Shown: positions 1-9,796, counted from the stretch's first letter. The stretch: 32,000 bases of DNA from Halomicrobium mukohataei DSM 12286 (GCF_000023965.1 NC_013202.1:2790001-2822000), one strand, 5' to 3'. Numbers and translations are program-made. The notes: generated by a model from the letters alone, not told the origin.

Positions 1-146
1 CGAACGGGTCGGCCTCGTGTTCGTCGCCGAGCCGACGCGACCGAACGGGACGGACCCACAGCGCCGAGAGGCGCTGGGGACGTACTCGTGTCGGTCCGCG
101 ACCGAGAAAGGCAACAGTCGAGTGTCGCCCGTGCCTCGGTGAGCCC

Positions 147-443
147 ATGACGAAGTGGCTCCAGAGCGGTCGCCGCCGGGACATCTGTATCATCCTCGCT
201 GGCGAAGACGGACTGAACGGCCAGACGCTCAAGACGCGACTCGAACGACACTACGACGAGCGGATCGACCCAAAGAGCTTCTACGGCGCACTGTCGGCGA
301 TGGTCGACAGTGGATTTCTGGAGAAAGAGACCGAAGGGATCGCCGACGAGTACTCGCTGACCGAGGCGGGTGCTGCTCGTCTCGACGAACAGTACGCGTG
401 GATGCGCGAGCAACTGGACAGGACCGAGGGCGGGGACGGCTGA
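147..443 (+). CDS. PadR-family winged-helix transcriptional regulator
   Basis: 98-aa acidic ORF. The pattern RRDICIILA..GLNGQTLKTRLE....I.PKSFYGALSAMVDSGFLEK......EYSLTEAG matches the PadR-like wHTH layout. ATG start. Confidence 0.7.
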   Translation: MTKWLQSGRRRDICIILAGEDGLNGQTLKTRLERHYDERIDPKSFYGALSAMVDSGFLEKETEGIADEYSLTEAGAARLDEQYAWMREQLDRTEGGDG

Positions 444-516
444 GCCGTTCGATTTGGAGGGCGACCGAGTCGGTGCGAGAGTGACCCTTAAGTGCGGTGC
501 AGCGTATTCCCACAGT

Positions 517-771
517 ATGTTTCCGCCCCGTTCCGCCCTCTACGCGAGTCTCGACGCGCTCCCGTTTGCCGCCCTCGGGACGCTCGCAGTGTTCGTGTTC
601 GGTACCGCTGGCGGTCTGTCGTCCGAAGCAGTCGGCGCGACCGCCGCGCTCGTCGGCGCTGCGCTCCTCCTCGGTCTGGGGACGATCAGCGCCAACCGAC
701 ACCAGACAGAGGGGAAGCCGTTCTACTTCACGCGGGCCGTCGTCGTCGAGGGACTGCTCTCGTTCCCTTAG
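517..771 (+). CDS. small hypothetical membrane protein (2 predicted TM helices)
   Basis: ATG at 517 inside the 370..771 ORF. Two hydrophobic stretches (LPFAALGTLAVFVFGTAGG, ATAALVGAALLLGLGTI). Its stop overlaps the convergent acd stop. No family recognised. Confidence 0.45.
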   Translation: MFPPRSALYASLDALPFAALGTLAVFVFGTAGGLSSEAVGATAALVGAALLLGLGTISANRHQTEGKPFYFTRAVVVEGLLSFP

Positions 772-1937
772 TCGAGCAACTGGTCCGCGATCGTGTTGCG
801 CAGCACCTCGCTGGTGCCCTCGTAGATCTCGTTGAGCTTCGCGTCGCGGTAGAACCGCTCGACGGGGAAGTCCTTGGTGTAGCCGTAGCCGCCGTGGATC
901 TGGATGCCCTCGTTGGCGACCTCGCGCGAGACCTCCGACGCGTACAGCTTCGCCTGTGCGGCCTCCTTGACGAAGTTCTCGCCGCGGATCTTCTTGTCCG
1001 CGGCCTTGTGCATCAGCATCCGGGCGGCCTCGGTCTTCGTGTCCATGTCCGCGAGCTTGTGCTGGATCGCCTGGAAGTCGCCGATGGGCTGGTCGAACTG
1101 CTCGCGCTCACCGGCATAGTCGAGCGCCTCGTCCAGTGCCGCCTGGGCGATCCCGACGCCGCGGGCGGCGATCGTGATCCGGCCGCCGTTGAGCGTCTTC
1201 AGCGCGTGGACGAACCCGCGTCCCGCCTCGCCCAGGCGGCGGTCTGCGGGCAGGTGCATGTCGTCGAACCGCAGTTCCGCCGTCGGACAGCCCTTGTCGC
1301 CGAGCTTGTGTTCGGTGCCCTCGACGTGGAACCCGTCGTCTTCTTCGGGCCGGACGACGAACGACGAGATTCCCTTGTTGCCCGCTTCCGGGTCGGTCTT
1401 GGCGAAGAGGACGACCGTATCTGCGACGGAACCGTTCGAGATCCACAGCTTGCCGCCGTCGACGACGTACTCGTCGGGTTCCTCGCCCTCGTGTGGATCG
1501 CCGCCGACCGGCTTCGCCGTCGTCTCCATGGCCGGCACGTCGCTGCCGGCACCGGCCTCCGACAGCGCGAACGCGCCGATCTCCTCGCCTTCCGCGAGCG
1601 GCGTGAGGTACGCCTCTTTCTGGGCCTCGTCGCCGAACTCGTAGATCATGTTGCAGGCCAGCGAGATGTGGGCCGCGACGACGGTTCCCAGCCCGCCACT
1701 GCCCCGAGCGATCTCTTCGAGGGCCATCGCGTAGGCGTGGTAGTCGAGGCCAGCGCCGCCGTACTCCTCGGGAATCGGCATCCCCATCAGACCGAGATCC
1801 GCCATCTGGTCGACGAGATCCTGCGGGAACTCGTCGGTCTCGTCGATCTCGGCGGCCCGCGGGACGACCTCCTCGTCGACGAACTCGGCGACCATCTCCT
1901 GGATCTGGCGCTGCTCCTGGGTGGGGGCGAAGTCCAT
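768..1937 (-). CDS. acyl-CoA dehydrogenase
   Basis: 389 aa starting at MDFAPTQEQ (cat at 1935-1937). Typical ACAD blocks: GAFALSEAGAGSD, KLWISNG, PTAELRFDD, QIHGGYGY..D.PVERFYRDAKL.EIYEGTSE. The longer 730-aa ORF is an upstream read-through extension. Confidence 0.92.
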   Translation of the reverse strand: MDFAPTQEQRQIQEMVAEFVDEEVVPRAAEIDETDEFPQDLVDQMADLGLMGMPIPEEYGGAGLDYHAYAMALEEIARGSGGLGTVVAAHISLACNMIYEFGDEAQKEAYLTPLAEGEEIGAFALSEAGAGSDVPAMETTAKPVGGDPHEGEEPDEYVVDGGKLWISNGSVADTVVLFAKTDPEAGNKGISSFVVRPEEDDGFHVEGTEHKLGDKGCPTAELRFDDMHLPADRRLGEAGRGFVHALKTLNGGRITIAARGVGIAQAALDEALDYAGEREQFDQPIGDFQAIQHKLADMDTKTEAARMLMHKAADKKIRGENFVKEAAQAKLYASEVSREVANEGIQIHGGYGYTKDFPVERFYRDAKLNEIYEGTSEVLRNTIADQLLD

Positions 1938-2044
1938 ACACCGATGTTGCGAGCCTCGGTGCTTCATACTACCGGCTGTAAATCTGTGAACGATTTCGCG
2001 ACCTCGTGGTCGCGAATATCTTGAAACAGTGACAGTCGGCAGTC

Positions 2045-2905
2045 TCACTCGTACTCGTAGAACCCGTTCCCGCTCTTTTTGCCCAGATGACCGGCCTCGA
2101 CTTTCCGGCGGAGGAGATAGGCTGGCTGGTAGCGGTCGCCGAGCTGCTCGTGTAGCGTCTCGGTGGCGTCCAGCACCACGTCCAGCCCGATGTGGTCGGC
2201 CAACTCCAGCGGGCCCATGGGCACGTTCGTCCCGAGTTTCATCCCCCGGTCGATGTCGTCCTTGGTGGCGACGCCCTCGTCGTACGCCCGGATGCCCTCG
2301 TTGAGCCACGGCATCAGGATCCGGTTGGTGACGAAGCCGGGTTTGTCGTCGGACTCCCAGGTCTCCTTGTCCAGCGAGGCGGCGAACTCGTGAGCGGCTT
2401 CGACCGTCGCCTCCGCGGTGCGCTCGCCGACGACGAGCTCGACCCCCTTCATCAGTGGCACGGGGTTCATGAAGTGGAGACCGACGACGTGCTCGGGGCG
2501 CGTCGTCGCGCTCGCGATGGTCGTGATCGAGATCGTGCTGGTGTTGGTCGCGAGCACGACCCCGGAGCGACACACCTCGTCGAGGTCCGAGAAGACCGAC
2601 CGTTTTACCTCTACGTCTTCGACGACCGCCTCGACGACGAGGTCGGCGTCGGCGAGGTCGTCGAGGTCGGTCGTGCCGGTAATCCGCTCGCGAGCGGCGG
2701 TGCTCTCGGACTCGGTGAGCGTGTCGTTCGCGACGAGTCGCGAGAGGCTGTCGTCGATCGCCTCGAACCCCTCGGTGACCAGGTCCTCGGCGACGTCGCG
2801 CATCACCACGTCGTAGCCGTGGGTCGCAGCCACCTGTGCGATGCCGCTTCCCATCGTGCCAGCCCCGACAACGGCGACCGTCTGGATCTCTCCGATATCG
2901 GACAT
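2045..2905 (-). CDS. 3-hydroxyacyl-CoA (3-hydroxybutyryl-CoA) dehydrogenase
   Basis: 286 aa from MSDIGEIQTVAVVGAGTMGSGIAQ (Rossmann GxGxxG). Also ATNTSTISIT, HFMNPVPLMKGVE, PGFVTNRILMP and a C-terminal GKKSG.GFY.Y. Start chosen at the internal ATG 2905. Confidence 0.9.
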   Translation of the reverse strand: MSDIGEIQTVAVVGAGTMGSGIAQVAATHGYDVVMRDVAEDLVTEGFEAIDDSLSRLVANDTLTESESTAARERITGTTDLDDLADADLVVEAVVEDVEVKRSVFSDLDEVCRSGVVLATNTSTISITTIASATTRPEHVVGLHFMNPVPLMKGVELVVGERTAEATVEAAHEFAASLDKETWESDDKPGFVTNRILMPWLNEGIRAYDEGVATKDDIDRGMKLGTNVPMGPLELADHIGLDVVLDATETLHEQLGDRYQPAYLLRRKVEAGHLGKKSGNGFYEYE

Positions 2906-2927
2906 GCGCGACGGTTCGACCGCTATC

Positions 2928-2940
2928 GTGGTAAATATGG
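2928..2940 (-). promoter_or_regulatory. candidate TATA box for the 3-hydroxyacyl-CoA dehydrogenase gene
   Basis: The minus strand reads accatatttacc about 26-32 nt upstream of the 2905 start. The spacing fits a leaderless haloarchaeal transcript. Confidence 0.3.
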
Positions 2941-3034
2941 TGCCCCGTGACACGCCACACGTCCCCCTACGAAGCGGATAGTAGAGCCGCTTCTTGAGAA
3001 TATTAACTCAGATCGTAGTAAATGTCAAGAACAA

Positions 3035-3044
3035 TGTATATATG
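3035..3044 (+). promoter_or_regulatory. candidate TATA box for fba
   Basis: tgtatatatg lies about 27 nt upstream of ATG 3068, in an AT-rich divergent intergenic region (2906-3067). Confidence 0.45.
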
Positions 3045-3067
3045 CCCTGCTCGTGAATCGACTGGTG

Positions 3068-3856
3068 ATGCGTCCCATCGACGCGACTCCGCTTACGCGC
3101 GACGGCAACGTACTGATCCTGGCATACGATCACGGGCTCGAACACGGCCCAGTCGACTTTGCCGGCCGCCCCGAGAGTGCCGATCCCGAGTCGGTGTTTC
3201 GGGCCGCAACGCACGACGCCGTCACGTCGCTGGCAGTGCAGAAGGGAGTCGGCGAGGCGTACTACCCGTCCTACGAGGACGACGTGACGCTGCTCGCGAA
3301 GCTCAACGGCACCTCGAACATGTGGATAGGCGAACCCGACTCGTCGGTCAACTGCTCGGTCGAGTACGCCGCGACCCAGCTGGAGGCCGACGCCGTCGGA
3401 TTCACGATCTATCCCGGCTCGAACAACGAGGTCGAGATGGTCGAGGAGTTCCGCGAGATCCAGGAGGAAGCTCGCGAGTACGACATGCCCGTCGTCCTGT
3501 GGTCCTACCCGCGCGGACAGGGACTCAAAAACGACACGAAGGAAGACATCATCGCATACGCCGCCCGGCTCGGACTGGAACTGGGCGCGGACGTGACGAA
3601 GGTGAAGTACCCCGGTAGCAAGGAGGGGATGGCCCACGCCGTCGAGATGGCCGGCAAGAGCAAGGTCGTGATGAGCGGCGGTTCGAAACGCTCCGACGAG
3701 GCGTTCCTCCAGAGCGTCCGCGCGGTCATGGACGCCGGCGGCGCGGGGCTCGCCGTCGGACGCAACGTCTGGCAACGAGAACAGCCCGAGCAGATCCTCG
3801 ACGCGCTCGAACGCGTCATCCACGACGGGCAATCCGTCGACGCAGCACTTCAATGA
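3068..3856 (+). CDS. fba: class I fructose-bisphosphate aldolase (archaeal DhnA/FbaB type)
   Basis: LILAYDHGLEHGP, KLNG.S, VGFTIYPGS and DVTKVKYPG (Schiff-base Lys context) are typical of archaeal class I aldolases. It is directly coupled to fbp. ATG 3068 is preferred over GTG 3053 because of the TATA spacing. Confidence 0.8.
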   Translation: MRPIDATPLTRDGNVLILAYDHGLEHGPVDFAGRPESADPESVFRAATHDAVTSLAVQKGVGEAYYPSYEDDVTLLAKLNGTSNMWIGEPDSSVNCSVEYAATQLEADAVGFTIYPGSNNEVEMVEEFREIQEEAREYDMPVVLWSYPRGQGLKNDTKEDIIAYAARLGLELGADVTKVKYPGSKEGMAHAVEMAGKSKVVMSGGSKRSDEAFLQSVRAVMDAGGAGLAVGRNVWQREQPEQILDALERVIHDGQSVDAALQ

Positions 3857-4737
3857 GTAAATCAACCGACCTCACCCCGGGTATGACCGACACGACGACC
3901 GGGCGCATCGTCGGCGAGTTCGCCGACGCCGCGACCGAAATCCGCGAGGCGATCGCGACGGAGCGCCAGTTCGCCGACGAGGAGAACCCGAGCGGCGAGA
4001 GCCAGCTCGCTGCCGACCTGGTCGCCGACGAACTGCTCGAAGAGCGCCTCCTGGCACTCGACGGCGTCGGGAGCTACGCCAGCGAGGAACGCGAGTCAGT
4101 CACCGTCGACGAGGGCCACCGCCACGTCGCCGTCGACCCGCTCGACGGCTCCTCGAACCTCGAACCAAACAGCGGCATGGGGACGATCTTCGGCGTCTAC
4201 GACACGCAGCCGCCGACGATCGGCCGGAACCTCGTGGCCGCCGGCTTCGTCATCTACGGCCCGACGACCTCGATGGTCGTGGCGCGCAACGACCGCGTCC
4301 GCGAGTACATCATCCACGACGGGGACGCTCGCGTCGTCGACGACGACGTGTCGGTCCCGACGGACCCGACAGTTTATGGCTTCGGGGGCGGTCGGGAGAA
4401 CTGGAACGACGCGTTCGCCGACTACGCGACGGAGCTCCAGGAACGGCTCAAGCTCCGCTACGGCGGCGCGATGATCGCCGACGTGAGCCAGGTCCTCACC
4501 TACGGAGGGCTCTTCTCCTACCCCGCACTGGAGTACCGGCCGACGGGGAAACTGCGCCTCCAGTTCGAAGGGCAGCCGATGGGCTACATCGTGGAGGCCG
4601 CTGGCGGCAAGTCATCGGACGGACACCAGTCGCTCCTGGATCGGGAGATCGACGACATCCACGACCGAACGCCGCTGCACCTCGGCAACACGTCGCTGAT
4701 CGAGCGCCTCGAAGAGCGATACGAACGCCACGAGTAG
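3853..4737 (+). CDS. fbp: fructose-1,6-bisphosphatase, class 1
   Basis: Contains VAVDPLDGSSNLE.N (FBPase metal-binding motif), LRY.G.M.AD and GGLFSYP. The start overlaps the fba stop in an ATGA arrangement (3853-3856). Confidence 0.9.
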   Translation: MSKSTDLTPGMTDTTTGRIVGEFADAATEIREAIATERQFADEENPSGESQLAADLVADELLEERLLALDGVGSYASEERESVTVDEGHRHVAVDPLDGSSNLEPNSGMGTIFGVYDTQPPTIGRNLVAAGFVIYGPTTSMVVARNDRVREYIIHDGDARVVDDDVSVPTDPTVYGFGGGRENWNDAFADYATELQERLKLRYGGAMIADVSQVLTYGGLFSYPALEYRPTGKLRLQFEGQPMGYIVEAAGGKSSDGHQSLLDREIDDIHDRTPLHLGNTSLIERLEERYERHE

Positions 4738-4855
4738 TCTGCGGAAATCGACGCTGGTTTTGCGGATCTCGGAACGGTCCAGAGGCGTCACTTGCCACGC
4801 CGACGGGGTCGGACTCGCCGGCAGTCTTGTAACAGTGCGGTGTGATGCGACAGAC

Positions 4856-6616
4856 ATGAAGGTGCGCATCGCCGCCGGTGCAACCCACGAAGAGGCGTCA
4901 GCAATTGCCGCTGCCATCGCCGAACACGTCGGCGAGGCCGTCCGCGTCTTCGTCGGTGACGACGAAGAGCCACGCGTGGTCCATCGGGTCGACGAGTCGG
5001 GCGACGACAGCGGGGACGACGAGACGGCCGACGACGACCTCGGCCCGACCGACCGCGAGCGTCGCCTGCGCGAGGAGATCGCCGACATCGAGGCCGGCGG
5101 TCCGGAGCGATACCGCGAGCGCCTCTCCGACCAGGGGAAGCTGTTCGTTCGGGACCGACTGGAGCTGTGGTTCGGCGATCTGACCTTCGAAGACGGCAAG
5201 TTCGCGAACTTCGACAGCTGGTCGCCGGATTCTCCCACCGTCGACGAGGCAGATCCCGACCGGCGACTGCCGGCCGACGGGCTGTTGACCGGAGCGGCGG
5301 AGTTCGAGGACCGCTCGGTTCACTTCATGGCCAACGACTTCACCGTCAAGGCCGGGTCGATGGCAGAGCGCGGGGTCGAGAAGTTCCTCCGGATGCAACA
5401 GCGTGCGCTGACGACCGGACGGCCGGTGTTGTACCTGATGGACTCGTCCGGGGGTCGAATCGACCAACAGCGGGGCTTTTTCGCCAACCGCGAGGGGATC
5501 GGGAAGTACTACTACAACCACTCGATGCTCTCCGGTCGCGTCCCACAGATCTGCGTGCTGTACGGCCCCTGTATCGCTGGCGCGGCCTACACGCCCGTGT
5601 TCGCCGACTTCACGGTCATGGTCGAAGGGATGAGTGCGATGGCCATCGCCAGCCCCCGAATGGTGGAGATGGTGACCGGCGAGGAGATCGATCTCGACGA
5701 ACTCGGCGGCCCGGACGTCCACGCACGCCACTCCGGGAGCGCCGATCTCGTCGCCGAAGACGAAGAACACGCTCGGGACCTCGTCGCACAGCTGATCGGC
5801 TACCTGCCGGACAACGCCGACGAAGACCCGCCACGGACCGACGGCCACGAGCCCGCCAAGTCCCCAGCGGGGATCGACGGCGTCATTCCGCAGGCACCCA
5901 ACCGGGGCTACGACGTGCGCCGCCTCGTCGAGCGGGTGATCGACGCCGACTCGTTGCTGGAGTTGCGCCCTCGCTACGGCCAGGAGATGCTCACGGCGTT
6001 CGCCCGGATCGACGGCCGCCCCGTCGGGATCGTCGCCAACGACCCGAGCCAGCGGGCCGGCGCGATCTTCCCCGACGCCGCCCGGAAGGCCGCCGAGTTC
6101 GTCTGGACCTGTGACGCGTACAACGTCCCGCTGCTGTACCTCTGTGACACGCCGGGGTTCATGGCCGGCTCGCAGGTCGAGAAAGAGGGGATCCTCGAAG
6201 CGGGCAAGAAGCTCATCTACGCGACCTCCTCGGCGACGGTGCCCAAACAGTGTGTCATCACCCGGAAGGCCTACGGTGCTGGCATCTACGCGATGTCCGG
6301 GCCGGCCTACGACCCGGAAGCGACCCTCGCCTTGCCGTCGGGCGAGATCGCGATCATGGGACCGGAGGCCGCGATCAACGCCGTCTACGCCAACGAACTG
6401 GCCGACATCGAGGACGAGGAGGAACGCGCCAGACGGGAGGCGGAGCTTCGCGAGCAGTTCCGCGAGGACATCGACGTCCACCGGATGGCCAGCGAGGTCG
6501 TCATCGACGAGATCGTCCCGCCGAGCGATCTGCGGACGGAGCTTGCCGCCCGCTTCGCGTTCTACGAGGACGTGGAGAAGGACCTCCCCTCGAAGAAACA
6601 CGGGACCGTGCTGTGA
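4856..6616 (+). CDS. acyl-CoA carboxylase carboxyltransferase subunit (propionyl-CoA carboxylase beta / methylmalonyl-CoA carboxyltransferase family)
   Basis: 586 aa from ATG 4856. Carboxyl-transferase blocks: ANDFTVKAGSM, YLMDSSGGRIDQQ, CVLYGPCIAGAAYTPVF, PLLYLCDTPGFMAG, RKAYGAGIYAM. Carries an unusual N-terminal extension of about 90 aa. Confidence 0.9.
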   Translation: MKVRIAAGATHEEASAIAAAIAEHVGEAVRVFVGDDEEPRVVHRVDESGDDSGDDETADDDLGPTDRERRLREEIADIEAGGPERYRERLSDQGKLFVRDRLELWFGDLTFEDGKFANFDSWSPDSPTVDEADPDRRLPADGLLTGAAEFEDRSVHFMANDFTVKAGSMAERGVEKFLRMQQRALTTGRPVLYLMDSSGGRIDQQRGFFANREGIGKYYYNHSMLSGRVPQICVLYGPCIAGAAYTPVFADFTVMVEGMSAMAIASPRMVEMVTGEEIDLDELGGPDVHARHSGSADLVAEDEEHARDLVAQLIGYLPDNADEDPPRTDGHEPAKSPAGIDGVIPQAPNRGYDVRRLVERVIDADSLLELRPRYGQEMLTAFARIDGRPVGIVANDPSQRAGAIFPDAARKAAEFVWTCDAYNVPLLYLCDTPGFMAGSQVEKEGILEAGKKLIYATSSATVPKQCVITRKAYGAGIYAMSGPAYDPEATLALPSGEIAIMGPEAAINAVYANELADIEDEEERARREAELREQFREDIDVHRMASEVVIDEIVPPSDLRTELAARFAFYEDVEKDLPSKKHGTVL

Positions 6617-6760
6617 CGGTGCGTCGACCGCGAGTCGGGGCTCACCGTCGGGCGCGGCGCTCGCGATCGGTCTGCCAACACCGAACTATTTGAACCAGTA
6701 GCGCCACTGTCGACCTAGCTGCGAGGCGGTTCGCAGAGAGAACCCTGGGTGGGTGGACGA

Positions 6761-7105
6761 ATGGATCAGTACATCGTACCGTCGACACGTGCGTGGCTGG
6801 AGCATCGCTATCTGGAACTGTCGACCGTCGAGCTCGAACTGTGGCTCGTCGCGCTGTCGACCCTGACCCTCGACGTGGTTCTGACGTACGTCGGACTGCA
6901 GTCGGGGTTCAGCGAGGGGAACCCGATCATGGGGTACGCGTTCGAACACGTCGGGTTCGCCGTTCTCGGTCTCGTGAAAGTGCTGGTACTCGGGACCGCG
7001 GGACTGGCACGCGAGTACCGCCCGGAGTACGGGCCGGTCATCCCGCTGGGACTCGCGCTCCCCTGGCTCGCGGCCTCCCTGGTCAACTACACGCTGCTCT
7101 TCTAG
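6761..7105 (+). CDS. small membrane protein, DUF5658-like
   Basis: Three hydrophobic helices and the D..LTY.GL..G..EGNP motif that I associate with DUF5658. Start is ATG 6761, with alternative GTG 6749. Confidence 0.55.
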   Translation: MDQYIVPSTRAWLEHRYLELSTVELELWLVALSTLTLDVVLTYVGLQSGFSEGNPIMGYAFEHVGFAVLGLVKVLVLGTAGLAREYRPEYGPVIPLGLALPWLAASLVNYTLLF

Positions 7106-7560
7106 GGGCGCTGGTCGGGTCGCTTCTCGGCGAGGACCGTCCGTTCGAACGAGCAAACGAGCGTGTCGTCTTGCGTGAACACGTCGACGGACATCGTCAC
7201 GACACCGCGGTCGCCGTCGCTGGTCTCGCGCTTGTCGGTCACGGTCGTTTCCGCTCGGATCGTGTCGCCGTGAAACACCGGCGCGGGGTGTTCGACCTCG
7301 TCGTAACCGAGGTTGGCGACGATGGTTCCGTCGGTCGTCTCCGGGATCGTCAGTCCGACCGCCAGCGAGAGCGTGTAGAGCCCGTTGACGACCCGTTCGC
7401 CGAAGTCGGTGTCGGCGGCGAACTCGGCGTCGAGGTGGAGGGGCTGCTGGTTCATCGTCATGTCGCAAAAGCGCTGGTTGTCGCTCTCCGAGACGGTTCG
7501 GCTGCGGGGGTGTGTGATCGTCTCGCCGACGGTGAACTCCTCGTAGTAGTTGCCAGCCAT
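7102..7560 (-). CDS. MaoC-like (R)-specific enoyl-CoA hydratase/dehydratase (single hot-dog fold)
   Basis: 152 aa from MAGNYYEEFTVGE. Contains D...F...T.N.QPLH.D..FA, VNGLYTLSL and F.APV..GDT, typical of the MaoC dehydratase fold. Confidence 0.85.
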   Translation of the reverse strand: MAGNYYEEFTVGETITHPRSRTVSESDNQRFCDMTMNQQPLHLDAEFAADTDFGERVVNGLYTLSLAVGLTIPETTDGTIVANLGYDEVEHPAPVFHGDTIRAETTVTDKRETSDGDRGVVTMSVDVFTQDDTLVCSFERTVLAEKRPDQRP

Positions 7561-7676
7561 AGCGACTCGTCGTCGGCGTCGGTGAAAGTACTCGGGGGTG
7601 GGAGGAAGCGACTGATAATAGTTTACACAGTAAGGGGTAAGTATTTGGGACCCTCGAAACAAGTAGGTACCATTAC

Positions 7677-9752
7677 ATGAGTGGTTCGGCAGCCCGTGTC
7701 GACAGGTCGACGCTGACCGGCCTCCTGTCCGCGAAGACTCCCGACGACGTGTACGACCGAGTGGTCGACGCCTGTCTCGACCGGCTCGATGCAGATCGCT
7801 GTGTAATCTCGCTGGACACCGGTGACGGCCTGGAGCCGGTCGCAGTCAGCGACGACGGGGCCACTGTCGAGGATCTCCGAGGCCAGCCCGGCTGGGACTA
7901 CCAGTCACTCGCCGTCCGAGACGAGGACTCCTATCTCGTCGGCGACCTCGCCGACGACGGGTCGACCACGAGAAGATCGATCGGGGGCGACGGGGAGAGC
8001 CCCAGAGACGCCACGCGATCAGTGCTCAGCGTCCCGATCGACGGCGTCGGCGTCGTCTTCGCGACCGCCACCGATCCGATGGCGTTCACCGAGTCGGATC
8101 GGGAGTGGCTCGAAGCGGTCGCCCTGTACGTCGGGTCTTCGCTGACGCGGTTTCACTCCCCGGAGCCGGTCTACTCGGTCGTCACGAGTAGTGGATCTAC
8201 GACTCGCTGTGAGCAGACCGAAACGGACGGCGAAGCACCCGTCGCCCTGGAGGATCTCGACGAGCGTCTCTCGTTCGTGCTGGACGCGACCGATTCGGTG
8301 CTCTGGACGGTGAACGTCTCCGCTCGGACGCTCCGGCTGTTCGGACCGGTCGAACGGATCGTCGGTCTCGATCGAGACACCGAATATCCACTCTCGGAGT
8401 TCGTCGACGGGTTCGTCCATCCCGACGACAGAGAGCGCCTCGTCGAGCAGTTACAGGACGTCGCAGTCGGGCAACGAGACAGCGTCGAACTCGAGTACCG
8501 CCTGGAGCCGGCCGACAGCGACGAGAGCAGGTGGTTCAGAAACCGCTCCGGGCTGCTGGAAGACGAGAGAACGACGCTCATCGGTCTGTCGACGGACGTG
8601 AGCGAGCACGTCTCGCGAGAGCGACGGATCAAACGGCTTCAACAGCGGACGACGCGGTTGATCGGTGCACAGTCCCAGTCCCAGATCGCAAACGTCGCAG
8701 TGAACGCGGCCGAGGAAGCGCTCACGCTGCCACTCGCCGGCATTCACCTCCGGGACGGCGACGTGCTCGAACCGACGGCGGTCAACGAGCGCGTGTGGGA
8801 GGTGATCGGCGAAGTGCCGAGCTATCGGGCACACGACGACGATCCCATCGATACGTTCGTCTGGGAGACGTACGGCCGCGGCCGGCCGGCCGTCGTCGAG
8901 GACACGGCCGAGCACGATCAGTTGAGCGAGGCGACGAACGTCCGAAGCGTGATCATCTATCCGCTGGACGACTACGGCGTCTTCGTCGCGTCCGCACGCG
9001 AGCCGGATGCCTTCGACTCCGTCGACGTCGCACTGGGGGAGGTGCTCTCGATGGGGATCGTCGCGGCACTGGAGCGGACCGAACAGGAAGACCGCCTCAG
9101 AGAACAGGCCCGAGAGCTCGAACGGAAGAACGAGCGCCTCGAAGAGTTCACCAGCATCGTGAGCCACGACCTCCGCAACCCGCTCAACGTCGCGCTCGGA
9201 CGCGTCGAGTACGTCCGGAACGACCGGGACGACGATCACCTCGCGACGGCCCAGCAGGCCCTCGAACGGATGGCCTCGATCATCGAGGAGACGCTGGCAC
9301 TCGCCCGGCAGGGCCACTCGGTGAGCGACCGCGAACCGGTCTCGGTACCGGAGATCGCTCGCCGGTGCTGGCAGACGGTACAGACGGCGTCGGCGACGCT
9401 GGAGACGGCGTTCGAGGGAGCGTTCACCGTGCTGGCCGACAGAGAACGGCTCGCACACGTCCTGGAGAACCTGATCACGAACGCCGTCGAACACGGGGGC
9501 GAGAACGTCACCGTTCGGATCGGGCCACTCACGGACGAACCCGGATTCTACGTCGAAGACGACGGTCCGGGGATCCCCGAGACCGAACGGTCCGACGTGT
9601 TCGAGACGGGGTACACGACCGCACAGGACGGGACGGGATTCGGGCTCTCGCTGGTACGAGACATCGTCACGGCACACGGGTGGACGATCACCGCGACGAC
9701 CGGGTCGAACGGCGGCGCACGGTTCGAGATCACCGACGTCGAACGGTCGTGA
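7677..9752 (+). CDS. cytoplasmic sensor histidine kinase (GAF-PAS-GAF-HisKA-HATPase)
   Basis: No TM segments. H-box FTSIVSHDLRNPLN, N-box ENLITNAVEHGG, G1 VEDDGPGIP, G2 GTGFGLSLV. A PAS-like block (DSVLWTVN...VHPDDRERL) is flanked by GAF-like regions. Confidence 0.9.
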   Translation: MSGSAARVDRSTLTGLLSAKTPDDVYDRVVDACLDRLDADRCVISLDTGDGLEPVAVSDDGATVEDLRGQPGWDYQSLAVRDEDSYLVGDLADDGSTTRRSIGGDGESPRDATRSVLSVPIDGVGVVFATATDPMAFTESDREWLEAVALYVGSSLTRFHSPEPVYSVVTSSGSTTRCEQTETDGEAPVALEDLDERLSFVLDATDSVLWTVNVSARTLRLFGPVERIVGLDRDTEYPLSEFVDGFVHPDDRERLVEQLQDVAVGQRDSVELEYRLEPADSDESRWFRNRSGLLEDERTTLIGLSTDVSEHVSRERRIKRLQQRTTRLIGAQSQSQIANVAVNAAEEALTLPLAGIHLRDGDVLEPTAVNERVWEVIGEVPSYRAHDDDPIDTFVWETYGRGRPAVVEDTAEHDQLSEATNVRSVIIYPLDDYGVFVASAREPDAFDSVDVALGEVLSMGIVAALERTEQEDRLREQARELERKNERLEEFTSIVSHDLRNPLNVALGRVEYVRNDRDDDHLATAQQALERMASIIEETLALARQGHSVSDREPVSVPEIARRCWQTVQTASATLETAFEGAFTVLADRERLAHVLENLITNAVEHGGENVTVRIGPLTDEPGFYVEDDGPGIPETERSDVFETGYTTAQDGTGFGLSLVRDIVTAHGWTITATTGSNGGARFEITDVERS

Positions 9753-9796
9753 AAGTGTCGTAAGGGCTATGCCACCGAGTGTGCAAGGGCACATCG

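Noticed and set aside
1-146. A possible 3' end of a plus-strand gene at the left edge. Frame 2 reads ...GLVFVAEPTRPNGTDPQRREALGTYSCRSATEKGNSRVSPVPR*.
   Set aside because: It is too short and carries no motif, and an alternative frame is equally open. It cannot be supported from the window alone.
768-771. Convergent gene pairs that share overlapping stop codons: TTAG at 768-771 and CTAG at 7102-7105.
   Set aside because: These are real in the sequence, but they are an ordinary consequence of compact gene packing. No regulatory implication can be supported.
492-2024. Long ORFs antisense to well-supported genes: 492..2024+, 4898..6601-, 8451..9794-, 12057..13292-, 18078..20126-, 20324..22039-, 22319..23974- and 23880..25244-. 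Many shorter ORFs in the track fall in the same class.
   Set aside because: They are typical GC-rich antisense or off-frame artefacts. Their translations are Arg/Gly/Pro/Val-rich and basic with no recognisable motifs. Each overlaps a gene with strong family signatures and an acidic haloarchaeal composition.
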